From contig JANRJK010000036.1 in the NCBI GenBank assembly GCA_033764015.1, positions 224,001 through 288,000 of the forward strand: DNA of 64,000 nt, written 5' to 3'. The stretch is from Candidatus Sumerlaeia bacterium. Its GTDB lineage: Bacteria; Sumerlaeota; Sumerlaeia; SLMS01; JANRJK01. The position numbers and the translations under genes are program-made. The notes under the pieces are model-generated. The model did not search any database. It was not told the origin of the DNA and saw only the letters and a program-made list of their open reading frames with translations. Numbering within the stretch: position 1 is the first letter of the stretch; every line of letters starts with the position of its first letter. Of this stretch, positions 28,127 to 40,011 are shown piece by piece.

Positions 28127-29419
28127 ATGCGACTCGCGCTCCTCCTGCTCCTGATCCTCTCGCTGCTGCCGGCGTCCGCGCCGGCGCAGTCCGGCTCCGC
28201 GTCCTTCCGCTCGAAGGAGCAGCTCGACGAGGCAGGGAAGTCGCTCCGCCGGGCGGTGACCGCTTGGCAGAACGCGGAGCGGCAGAGCCTGCCGGCGCAG
28301 TGGGCGCCGCTGCTTCTGCCCCCGGGCGGACGGGCCGACTTCGGCGGCGGCGTGTCGCTGCTGCTGGTCCGCGTCCGCGATGCGGAGGAGCTGGAGGCCA
28401 CGGTGCTCGTCACGTCGCCGGATGGCGCGGACACCAAGGACCTCGCCGCGCAGGCGCCCGCGCAGCTTGGACCGCTGGAGGCGCAGGTGATGGCGTGGCC
28501 CCACGAGAACGCCGGGCGCGCGCTGCTGCTGGTGCGCCGCGCGGGCGATCCGCCGCCGCTCGCCGATCCGGCGGGCAAGCCCGCCTCGCCGAAGATCGAA
28601 GGCGACAGCGCGACGGGAATCTTGACTGTAACAAGCAACGATGCGGAGGAGCTGCGCTTCGCCCGCACCGTCCTCGATGCGCTCGCCGCGGGCGAGGCTC
28701 CCGAGGCCGCCTCGCGCAAGGCCTTCGCCGCGGTGCCGCCGCGAAGCCGCCCGGCGCGGCTCGCCGACGCGTCGTATGAACCGGCGCCTCGCTTGGCGGC
28801 GGAGTCCGACTTCGACGGCGGCGAGGACGAAGGGTACTTCGGCGCCGGTGTGACGCTGCGCGCCGTCAGCGGCACCAGCGAGGCGATCCGCGAACTCGAG
28901 TCGACGCTCCGTTACAATTCGGAAGGGCGCCGGGGACAGCCGCCGACGCGCGTGAAGACCGGCCCCGACGGAGCGGAAGTCGTAGTCGGCGGGCCGGAGG
29001 ACCAGTTCTCCGGGCGGCTGAAGGTGCTCGAGGCGAACGGCGAGGTGAACGCGACGAACGAGAGCTACACCTACGTGCCGTTGGACCGCAGCCGTGCCTC
29101 GATGGTGATTTCCGACGGCACGCGGACGTGGGATGTGCTCCTCCGCGCGCGGCCCGCCGGCGGCGACGCGGCGGAGGTCGAGATCGACCTCATCGACCGC
29201 ACCGGCGCCGCGGGCAAGGCAGCCACGCGCACCCGCGCGCGCGTCCGCGACGGCCAGTCGATCCTCATCTCGAAGCTCGAAAGCTCGCGCCGGGAGGAGT
29301 ACCGCTCCGCGCCGCCGCTGCTCGGCGACCTGCCTTGGATCGGCGGTGTCATCGGCGGCTCGGGCCGCAACGACAGCACCGCGACGACGGCGCTGTTCGC
29401 GACCATCGACCTGCAGTAG
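28127..29419 (+). CDS. Secreted protein with a C-terminal secretin-like (T2SS/T3SS) region
   Basis: Signal peptide. The C-terminal RVRDGQSILI...PPLLGDLPWIGG...ALFATID segment resembles the secretin signature (V.DG.T...G / VP.LGDIP.IG.LF). Confidence 0.55.
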   Translation: MRLALLLLLILSLLPASAPAQSGSASFRSKEQLDEAGKSLRRAVTAWQNAERQSLPAQWAPLLLPPGGRADFGGGVSLLLVRVRDAEELEATVLVTSPDGADTKDLAAQAPAQLGPLEAQVMAWPHENAGRALLLVRRAGDPPPLADPAGKPASPKIEGDSATGILTVTSNDAEELRFARTVLDALAAGEAPEAASRKAFAAVPPRSRPARLADASYEPAPRLAAESDFDGGEDEGYFGAGVTLRAVSGTSEAIRELESTLRYNSEGRRGQPPTRVKTGPDGAEVVVGGPEDQFSGRLKVLEANGEVNATNESYTYVPLDRSRASMVISDGTRTWDVLLRARPAGGDAAEVEIDLIDRTGAAGKAATRTRARVRDGQSILISKLESSRREEYRSAPPLLGDLPWIGGVIGGSGRNDSTATTALFATIDLQ

Positions 29420-29452
29420 GTCCGGGGAGCGGTGATCGCCGCTCCCCGTGCG

Positions 29453-32221
<2,769 letters not shown>

Positions 32222-32338
32222 GGTGGGCGGAGTCGTTCGTCGGGGGAATCGTCGCGGGCGCGGGCCGATGCGGCGCGCACCCCGCGCCCAATCCCGGCGG
32301 AGGGCGGCCCGGGGGTCAACGGAGACGCGGCGCGGGGC

Positions 32339-33481
32339 CTAGAGCGGCTTGACGAGGAGCGCCCGGTGTTCCGGCGCGATCCAGTCCACCAGCGGGAGCC
32401 TGCAGAACCAGTCGCTCTGGAGGGTCCCCTCCCAGCGCTTGTACTCCGCGTCAAGATGGCCGCCTGGAATCGGGCTGCCGATCAGGAGCTTGCGAGCGGG
32501 GCGCGGACGGAGCGCGGAGAGCATCGACCGGAGCTCGCCCTTGCCGAGTAGGCGGCAGCGGTCGTAGCCGGTGTGGGCCTTGCGCGCGACGTGGGCCTTC
32601 ATCTTGGAGCGGGGCATGAAGCCCATGAGGTAGAGCCCGGTGTGGGGCTCGGGCGTCCAGATCATGTAGCGGTTCGGGGAGTTGAGGTAGAAGCGGCCGC
32701 CCGGCTTGAGGATGCGCCAGATCTCCTTGAGCGAGGCGCGCTGGTCTGCGAGGTGCTCGACCACGTCGCGCATCATGACCGTGTCGAAGGAGCCGTCGGC
32801 GAAGGGGAGCCGTTCTCCGTTCGCCGCCGCCAACACCGCGTTCGGCACATAATGGTCCATCAGGTGCCGGCGCCCGAGGAAGACCTCGGTGAGCGACGCG
32901 TCGATGCCTACCAGCGTTTCGGCCCGGAGGCGCGCGGCGATGAGCTGGCCGCAGACCCCGCAGCCGAGGTCGAGCAGCGCGCCGAGATCCTTCGCGCCGG
33001 GCGCCGGGGCGGGGAATCCGAGCTCGGTGGAGTCCTTGTCGAAGAGCGCGAGGAAGTTCTGGCCGCGGGGCACCGAGTGCGTCCGGTTGTCGATCGCCGA
33101 CTGCTTGATCGCCACGGGCGTGCGGGAGTGCGTGTGGATGTAGCTCGACACCACGTCCGGGAACATCATCCCGCGCGACCAGTCGACGAGTTCCGCGACG
33201 TAGGCGCGCTCGGTCTCGGCGTCCTGGTACGGCGCGGCCTCGGTGCGGAGGTCGAACACACCCGAGTGCCAGCGGTACTCGGCGCCGCACGCCCCGCAGG
33301 CGAAGGGGTCTTCGCGCTCCTCGTTCCAGAAGTGGATGATGCCGGGGGACGCCTTCCGGCGGAACACCTCGCCGTCGAGTCGCTCGCCGCACGACGGGCA
33401 GGTGAAGCGAAGGCTGGCGAGGGCGGCGTCCTTCAGCGACTCCGCCTGCTCGAGTGTCATGGGTTCGACTTGAATCGACAT
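32339..33481 (-). CDS. Class I SAM-dependent methyltransferase with an N-terminal zinc-ribbon
   Basis: CPSC...CGAC pair, LLDLGCG, LPFADGSFD and VVEHL...RILKPGG motifs. Confidence 0.85.
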   Translation of the reverse strand: MSIQVEPMTLEQAESLKDAALASLRFTCPSCGERLDGEVFRRKASPGIIHFWNEEREDPFACGACGAEYRWHSGVFDLRTEAAPYQDAETERAYVAELVDWSRGMMFPDVVSSYIHTHSRTPVAIKQSAIDNRTHSVPRGQNFLALFDKDSTELGFPAPAPGAKDLGALLDLGCGVCGQLIAARLRAETLVGIDASLTEVFLGRRHLMDHYVPNAVLAAANGERLPFADGSFDTVMMRDVVEHLADQRASLKEIWRILKPGGRFYLNSPNRYMIWTPEPHTGLYLMGFMPRSKMKAHVARKAHTGYDRCRLLGKGELRSMLSALRPRPARKLLIGSPIPGGHLDAEYKRWEGTLQSDWFCRLPLVDWIAPEHRALLVKPL

Positions 33482-33565
33482 CGGCTACCCCCCTTGATGC
33501 GACTGATGGGAGCACCGTATCCCGGAGGCAGACAACCCGAATGCCTTGAGGTGGGTGGGTAGTGC

Positions 33566-34606
33566 ATGCGCTTTAGTTCGAAATCGGCCCCGGTGGCGGC
33601 TTGGGGGCGCGGGAAGCCCGCGTGGGAGAACGGCGAAGGATCGCGGCGATCCGAGCCCTTGCCGCCACATGATGGCACCGTTTGGATAGCCAGCGGAGAG
33701 AACAGGATGCCGCCGGTATGGTCCAGCGTGTTCAGGGGGATCGACCCGATCATCGAGCGGGAGCGGCTCGAAGAGGACCCGTTGTTCGATGCTGGCGGCT
33801 GGGTTTCGGGTGATGTGCTGCTCCGGAGCGCGCCTTGGTTCCTGGTCGCGGGGGCGATCGTGATGTCGTCGCATTGGGCGCCGTTCGGAATCGTTTCCCT
33901 GATTGCTGCGGTCCTCCTCGACTATCTGCGCCGCCGGCGGATTTCGGAAACGGTGAACGGCCTGCGCCACCCGAGGCGGCCAAGCGAGATGTTCGGCGTG
34001 GACCGCTATGATTCGAGGACCCTTGTCGCGTTGTGGGAGGCGGGCGTCACCGGCAGCCGCATCGCATTGCTGCTCTATCGCGAAAGCGAGCGGCGTCGCG
34101 GCGCGCTGCTGGCGGTGCTGGTGGCGGGCGCGATGGCAACACTCGTCGCACCGGGAGCGTTGCCGTTCCTGCCGCTGTACGCAGCCGCGATCCCGATGGT
34201 ATGGTTCGGCGCGCACCAGACACCGTTTCCCAGGATTATCGAAACCCGCTCCGCTGAGGCGCCGACGGGCTGCTCCATGGCGAAACGGCGTCGCCGCCCT
34301 TTGGGGGCGCGGTTCGCGACCTTTCCATTCATCGGAATTCCGGAGGTCGACTTTCCCGCCTTCTTGCATGTTTTTGTCAGCCTTTGCATTGCCGGGGCTC
34401 TCCAGACGATTGTCGATGGGATCCGGCCCCACATGGTGTCTTGGGGGACCTTCGCACTTGCCGCCTTCGCCGTTTCGGCGGCTTTCGCCTACATGACAAC
34501 CAATGCCTCCCGCGAGCTGCTGGACTTCATCCTGCGCAAGCAGGACGAGCGCTTCGACGCCCTCATGCGGCATGAGCAGATGAAGGACCCCGACTGGGAG
34601 CGTTGA
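33566..34606 (+). CDS. Hypothetical membrane protein
   Basis: Long ORF with several hydrophobic segments and somewhat lower GC than its neighbours. Start uncertain. Confidence 0.55.
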   Translation: MRFSSKSAPVAAWGRGKPAWENGEGSRRSEPLPPHDGTVWIASGENRMPPVWSSVFRGIDPIIERERLEEDPLFDAGGWVSGDVLLRSAPWFLVAGAIVMSSHWAPFGIVSLIAAVLLDYLRRRRISETVNGLRHPRRPSEMFGVDRYDSRTLVALWEAGVTGSRIALLLYRESERRRGALLAVLVAGAMATLVAPGALPFLPLYAAAIPMVWFGAHQTPFPRIIETRSAEAPTGCSMAKRRRRPLGARFATFPFIGIPEVDFPAFLHVFVSLCIAGALQTIVDGIRPHMVSWGTFALAAFAVSAAFAYMTTNASRELLDFILRKQDERFDALMRHEQMKDPDWER

Positions 34607-34659
34607 CCCCGCCGCCCCTTCCCGACACGCTGACCCGACCCTATCTTGGAGCCCCCCGC

Positions 34660-35142
34660 ATGGAGCGCCTCGGCGTCCTCTTCGTCTGCATGGGCAACAT
34701 CTGCCGCTCCCCCGCCGCGGAGGGCGTGTTCCTCGATGCGGTGCGCAAGGCGGGGCTCGCGGACCGGATCGCGGTCGAGTCCGCCGGGACGATCGGGTAC
34801 CACGCCGGCGAACCCGCGGACGCCCGGATGCGGGCGGCGGCGCGGGGGCGGGGCTATGCGCTCGATACGCCCGCGCGGCAAGTGGACCGGGGCGACTTCG
34901 CCAAGTTCCGCCACATCGTGGCGATGGATGCGCACAACGCGCGGGCGCTCCGCGCGATGGCGCCGGACGAGGAGTCGCGCCGGCGCGTGCGCCTGTTCCT
35001 CGAGTGGCACCCGACGCTCCGCGGCGGCGATGTGCCCGACCCGTACTACGGCGGGCCGGAGGGCTTCGAGGAGGTGCTCGATCTGGTCGAGGCCGCCACG
35101 CCGGCGCTGCTGGCGGAGGTTCGCGCCGGGCTCGACGCGTAG
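34660..35142 (+). CDS. Low molecular weight protein-tyrosine phosphatase
   Basis: VLFVCMGNICRSP P-loop and VPDPYYG. Confidence 0.95.
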   Translation: MERLGVLFVCMGNICRSPAAEGVFLDAVRKAGLADRIAVESAGTIGYHAGEPADARMRAAARGRGYALDTPARQVDRGDFAKFRHIVAMDAHNARALRAMAPDEESRRRVRLFLEWHPTLRGGDVPDPYYGGPEGFEEVLDLVEAATPALLAEVRAGLDA

Positions 35143-35190
35143 CCGCAACTCCGCGTTGCTCGCCTTCCGGGGGGCTGGTACAGGAATCCC

Positions 35191-36258
35191 ATGCCACGCC
35201 GCGACCCGCGCCAATCGACCATCGTCAAGATGGGCATGCCCCCGGGCACGCTCGTCTTCCTGGGCGACCCGGAGGAGTGCGGCGTCCGCGTGCGGCTGGT
35301 CGAGTACGACGCGCACCGGGTGGAGGAGCACGACATCTTCTCGACGCCGGAGATCGTGCCGTTCCTGCACAACAAGCGCACGACCTGGCTCGAGGTGGCG
35401 GGTCTCTCGGACATGGCGTTGATGAAGGCGGTGGGGCAGCTCTTCAAGATCCACCCGCTGATCCTGGAGGACGTGCTGAACCCTCAGCAGCGCCCGAAGT
35501 GCGAGGAGTATCCGGACCATGTGTTCGTGGTGCTGCGGCTGTTCGAGATGGACTCGTCGGGCTTGCTGCGCTCGGAGCAGCTTTCGCTCGTGGTGGGGCG
35601 CGACTTCGTGGTGTCGTTCTCGGAGACGCTGCACGATGTCTTCGCGCCGCTTCGCGAACGGCTGCGGAACGCGCTCGGCAATGTGCGCGGATCCGGGCCC
35701 GACTACCTTGCCTACGCGCTGATCGACATCGTGGTGGACCACTACTTCCTGATCGTGGAGCGGATCGAGGAGCACCTCGATTCGGTGGAGGACCGGCTGG
35801 TCGAGCAAAGCTCGCGGAACATGCTGGCGGAGATCTACCGCCACCGCCGCGACGCGCTGTCGCTCCGGCGCGCGACGCTGCCGCTGCGCGAGGCGCTGGC
35901 GGCGTTCGCGAAGATCCACTCCGTGGTGGTCGCGAAGGAGACCGCGCTGTACCTGCGGGACGCGCAGGACCACACGGAGCGTGTGATCGAGGCGATCGAC
36001 CACTACCGCGAGTCGGTCGCGACTTTGACCACGATCAACCTGGCGCGCATGAGCGAGCAGCTCAACCAGCAGACCAAGGTGCTGACGATCATCGCGACGA
36101 TTTTCATCCCGCTGACGTTCGTGGCGGGCGTGTACGGGATGAACTTCGACCACATGCCGGAGCTGCGGTGGCGCTTCGGCTACTACGCGGCGCTGGGGCT
36201 GATGGCGCTTGTGGCGGCCGGGATGCTGGTGTGGTTCCGGCGGCGGCGCTGGCTGTGA
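35191..36258 (+). CDS. corA: Magnesium/cobalt transporter CorA
   Basis: HPLILED and QRPK motifs, the YGMNF signature, MPEL and two C-terminal TM helices. Confidence 0.96.
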   Translation: MPRRDPRQSTIVKMGMPPGTLVFLGDPEECGVRVRLVEYDAHRVEEHDIFSTPEIVPFLHNKRTTWLEVAGLSDMALMKAVGQLFKIHPLILEDVLNPQQRPKCEEYPDHVFVVLRLFEMDSSGLLRSEQLSLVVGRDFVVSFSETLHDVFAPLRERLRNALGNVRGSGPDYLAYALIDIVVDHYFLIVERIEEHLDSVEDRLVEQSSRNMLAEIYRHRRDALSLRRATLPLREALAAFAKIHSVVVAKETALYLRDAQDHTERVIEAIDHYRESVATLTTINLARMSEQLNQQTKVLTIIATIFIPLTFVAGVYGMNFDHMPELRWRFGYYAALGLMALVAAGMLVWFRRRRWL

Positions 36259-36334
36259 GGTCGGCTTTCCCGCTGGACCCATGATGCGCCGCGGCGCTTC
36301 CATGCTGCATCCCTTGCGAGGAAGCGGGCGGTCC

Positions 36335-37504
36335 ATGGCGGAGTACGATATCTGGGGCAACGACTCGGCGCAGGGCGACGGCGACGCGCTCCGCAAAATG
36401 CCGCTGTCGTTCGAGCACAACCGGCTGAAGGCGAAGCGCATGACGCTGGGCGACTACGAAGTCGTCGCCGCCTACGACAAGCCGAAGTTCGAGTACCACT
36501 CGCTCCGCCGCGAGGTCGGCGTCATGGACGTCTCGTACCTCACCTTCGTCCGGGCCAGCGGCTCCGAGCGCCGCGAGGTGCTGCATAAGCAATTGACGGC
36601 GAACTTCGAGTCCTTCCAGGAGGGCCAGTTGCGGCGCGCGTTCCTCCTCAACGACGCGGGGGGCTTCCTGGCGGACGTCGAGGTGGTCGCGCTTGGCGAA
36701 TTCGACCTGATGGTCGCGCCGCCCACGCTGCCGGCGGACCGCCTGATCTCCGCGATGAACCGCAACCTGCTGATGGAGGACGTGTCCTTCGAGGACACGG
36801 CGGACACGGTGACGGCGCTGGCGATCGTGGGCGAGAACAAGGGGTGGCTCGCGCGAGCGCTGGGGCTCGACTTCGGCCGCGGCGAGGAGCGCACGATCCG
36901 GCCCGCGCGCGTCGGGGGCCAATCGGTCCACCTCTTCCGAAGCGATTACTTCGGCAGCGCGCCTATCATCCTTTGCCGCGGCGCCGGCGCCTCGACGGTT
37001 TGGCAGACGCTCGTCGCCGCGGTCCGCGAACTCGACGGGCTGCCGGTTGGCCACGAGGCGTTCGACGCGTGGCGCATCGAGCACGGCGTGCTTTGGTATG
37101 GGCCGGACCTCGGGACGGATTCGACGCCGCTGGACGCGGATCTCGCGCGCTGCGTGGATTTCGCGAAGGACGTTTCCTTCCCCGGGCGCGAGGCGCTGTT
37201 GAAGGTGCGCCAGAACGCGGACCCGCCGCAGCGTTTCTGCGGCCTGATCCTCGACGTGCAGCGCCCGCCGGAGGGGACGATCCCCCTCCGCTTCTCGGAG
37301 GGTCTCCCCGCCGGGACGCTGAAGAGCGTGGGCTTCTCGCGCCAGCGGAACAAGTACGTGGGCGTGGGCCTGATCAAGTGGCGCGACCCGCTCCCCTGGT
37401 CGCCGCTGATCATGATGATGCCGGACGGCTCGACGGCGGATGCGAGCGTGGTGCCGCTGCCGTTCCCGGAGGAGCTGGGGATCGAGGAGGAGGCGGAGTT
37501 CTAG
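36335..37504 (+). CDS. GcvT/YgfZ-like folate-binding aminomethyltransferase family protein
   Basis: Motifs LRREVGVMDVS, LNDAGG..AD, FDAWRIEHG...YG and SFPGREAL. Confidence 0.8.
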   Translation: MAEYDIWGNDSAQGDGDALRKMPLSFEHNRLKAKRMTLGDYEVVAAYDKPKFEYHSLRREVGVMDVSYLTFVRASGSERREVLHKQLTANFESFQEGQLRRAFLLNDAGGFLADVEVVALGEFDLMVAPPTLPADRLISAMNRNLLMEDVSFEDTADTVTALAIVGENKGWLARALGLDFGRGEERTIRPARVGGQSVHLFRSDYFGSAPIILCRGAGASTVWQTLVAAVRELDGLPVGHEAFDAWRIEHGVLWYGPDLGTDSTPLDADLARCVDFAKDVSFPGREALLKVRQNADPPQRFCGLILDVQRPPEGTIPLRFSEGLPAGTLKSVGFSRQRNKYVGVGLIKWRDPLPWSPLIMMMPDGSTADASVVPLPFPEELGIEEEAEF

Positions 37505-37526
37505 CTCCCCTCGAAGTCGTCCAGGC

Positions 37527-39845
37527 TTAGTACAGCATCCAGCCTGTCTGGTCACTCGGCTTTGGAAGCGAGGCGATCCAGTCGGAGACGATTTGGACCG
37601 CCTCCTCGTCCACGAGGCTGGTGGCAAGCGGCGGCATTTGGTGCTGCGCATCGCGAGTCGCCATCCTAGCCAGGAGGACGGATCGCTCGGGCGAGCCCGG
37701 AGCGACGATGCGGGCGTTCTCGATTCCGAGCGTCGCGCTTTGGGGGGTAAGGTTCAGCAGTCCCGCATCCTCGTCGGCGGTCGCCCAGCGAAGGTCGATC
37801 TGGACCGGGGCGGGGCCACCCGGTTGGTGGCACATGGCGCAGTTGGCGGCGAGGTAGGCGCGTGCGCGATCTCGAAGCGGCGCGGTCGCGTCGCGGTAAT
37901 CGGGCATGCGGGGAAGGTCGGCAACGGGGCTCTCCAACGGCGCGTCGAAGAGGCTTACCCAGTCCATCGCTTCGAGTTGGTTGTCGACGATGCCGGAAGC
38001 GGGATATAGGAAGTCGCTATTGAGCGCGGCTGTTTCGAGGCCGAGCACTTGGTTCTGGGCAACAGTGTGGCAAGCTCGGCATTCGGCGGCGTTGGGGTAG
38101 TGCCAATTGTAGGTGTAGGCTTCGCCCGCGAGGTTGGTGCGGACAAAAGTGCGAGCCTTACTTGATGTGAGAAGAACGGCATCCGTCTCGCTTTCATTCC
38201 ACTCGTAGCTGTAGCCCTGCCAGTTGGTCCCATCCTTAACCATGATGCGAGTTTCGATGCGTTGCGCGGTTCCCTGCGGATCCCTGTCGTCCAACGGAAT
38301 GGAAAAGTTCTTGATGAGGATGGTTTTCTCCGGAAAATCCCAGCCCCGTTCATTGTTGCGTGTGATGGTCCCTAGACCGGGCATGGCCACGTATCGCTCT
38401 TTGATGGCACCATCGCTCCATAGCTGGGAGGAGGGGCGGTAGGGAATGACTCCGGGAACGAGGTGTCCATTGCCGGACCCCGCCTGTAGCAAGGCGGGTA
38501 GACTGCTTAGGTGGTGGGGAAGATCGGTTTGAGTTGGCATGCCGTTCGGTCGGATTACGTAAACCCCCGCGGGGCTGCCCCAACCTGCGTCGAGCAGGTA
38601 CACTTCACCGTCGTGCCCCCGACCCATTCCGATCGGATCGATGCCGCAGAAGGCGCAGAGAAGCTGATTCGCGGTAACCTGCGCACCGTCGAATCGGAAG
38701 CCGTAGATTCGACCACTGAAATCTGCATAAACAAAGGTTCCGTATAGGTCGGGGAACTCAGACCCGAGGTAGGGAACCGGACCAATGATCGCATTGTTGC
38801 CGGGTTCGTGCCCGTACCCCGTGATCGGAGGGACGAAGTTCGCAGGGTTGCACTCGAATCCGTCAAGGCCCGTGCAATCCATGCCTTCAACAACGGGCCA
38901 ACCATAGTTGCGCCCCGCCTCGATCAGGTTGATTTCCTCATAGAGATCCGCCCCTACATCACCAGCGAAGAGCCGACCCGAAAGCGGGCTAATTGAAAAG
39001 CGCCATGGGTTGCGCAATCCGTAGGCGAAAATCTCTCGACGGGTTTCCGGTCCGAATAGTTCGGTATCCGTGAAGGGATTGTCTGGAGGGATAGAGTAGT
39101 TGAGACCTGCCGCAGGGGTGGAGAGTAAATCGATTCGGAGTATCTTTCCCAACAAGCTTGACAGATCTTGCGAGGGCGCGGGAGGCGTGATCGAAGAAAG
39201 CCCGCCGCCGTCACCCACTGACAAGTAAAGCATGTCGTCCAACCCGAACGCTAGTTGACCTCCCTTATGGATGATCGTGGTTTGGGGGACTTCGAGAATC
39301 ACTTCGCGACTTGCAAGGTTGACGGACGATCCGCTAGGGGCATCATTTGTGAAGCGCTCCAGAATCGAAGATCCAACTTCAAAGAAGCTTGGGCCACACG
39401 CAGGGGTGTTGTTCACATAGTAGACAAGGAACTTGCCGCTGGTGGCGTAGTCCGGCTGGAAGGCCATGGACAACATCCCTGCTTCTCCAGCAGTGCAGAC
39501 CTCAGCGGAGAGGTCCAAGAAGACCTCGACTTCATCAGGCGACGGGTCCGGGGCGTTCGGAAATGCGTAGATCACGCCGCCCTGAGTTACGACGAAAAAT
39601 CTGGAATTGTCTTCTGGGGCCTGTAACAGCTGCACCGGGTAGATGAATCCGAGACGGGGGAAGGCACGGATAAGGGTGATCTCGCCCAAACTTGCCTGCG
39701 GCAAGGTGTTGATCACGAGGTCGTTGTTGGACGCCCGCGGTCGTACCAACCCGTGAGGTTCGCCTGCCAACGGCTGATTTACTGCGAACGACATCGCCGC
39801 CAAAACCGCTGCGGCGAAACAGGAGAGCTTTTGCATCATGGCCAC
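37527..39845 (-). CDS. Secreted PQQ-type glucose/sorbosone dehydrogenase beta-propeller fused to a diheme cytochrome c domain
   Basis: Signal peptide. GSDH motifs HKGGQLAFG, GKILRID, AYGLRNPWRFS and EEINLI...NYGWP. LWSDGA.K.R plus two heme motifs (CRACH, CAMCH). C-terminus GWMLY. Confidence 0.88.
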   Translation of the reverse strand: MAMMQKLSCFAAAVLAAMSFAVNQPLAGEPHGLVRPRASNNDLVINTLPQASLGEITLIRAFPRLGFIYPVQLLQAPEDNSRFFVVTQGGVIYAFPNAPDPSPDEVEVFLDLSAEVCTAGEAGMLSMAFQPDYATSGKFLVYYVNNTPACGPSFFEVGSSILERFTNDAPSGSSVNLASREVILEVPQTTIIHKGGQLAFGLDDMLYLSVGDGGGLSSITPPAPSQDLSSLLGKILRIDLLSTPAAGLNYSIPPDNPFTDTELFGPETRREIFAYGLRNPWRFSISPLSGRLFAGDVGADLYEEINLIEAGRNYGWPVVEGMDCTGLDGFECNPANFVPPITGYGHEPGNNAIIGPVPYLGSEFPDLYGTFVYADFSGRIYGFRFDGAQVTANQLLCAFCGIDPIGMGRGHDGEVYLLDAGWGSPAGVYVIRPNGMPTQTDLPHHLSSLPALLQAGSGNGHLVPGVIPYRPSSQLWSDGAIKERYVAMPGLGTITRNNERGWDFPEKTILIKNFSIPLDDRDPQGTAQRIETRIMVKDGTNWQGYSYEWNESETDAVLLTSSKARTFVRTNLAGEAYTYNWHYPNAAECRACHTVAQNQVLGLETAALNSDFLYPASGIVDNQLEAMDWVSLFDAPLESPVADLPRMPDYRDATAPLRDRARAYLAANCAMCHQPGGPAPVQIDLRWATADEDAGLLNLTPQSATLGIENARIVAPGSPERSVLLARMATRDAQHQMPPLATSLVDEEAVQIVSDWIASLPKPSDQTGWMLY

Positions 39846-40011
39846 CCTACGGCAACTTCGAGGATATAGTCGAACCCTTCCGCCGGTCGGTCAACGCAAA
39901 TGGACGGCGCGGTTGTGCTTGCCGCAGAGCCCGTCGCGCGCCGAACCAAACGGGGCCAAGTGGTGCGCCGTCTTATCCGGTGCAGGAAGCACCCCCAGTC
40001 AGGAGCCCGTC

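Noticed and set aside
33566..34606. Lower-GC hypothetical gene (and the HlyC/CorC gene at 25154-26473) as a mobile element
   Set aside because: No flanking repeats, transposase or integrase are present, and the compositional shift is modest.
39912..39923. 12-mer GTTGTGCTTGCC shared with 47022-47033, as a common regulatory motif
   Set aside because: There are only two occurrences, and the copy upstream of oppA lacks the GG at -24. It could be chance or a generic -35-like element.
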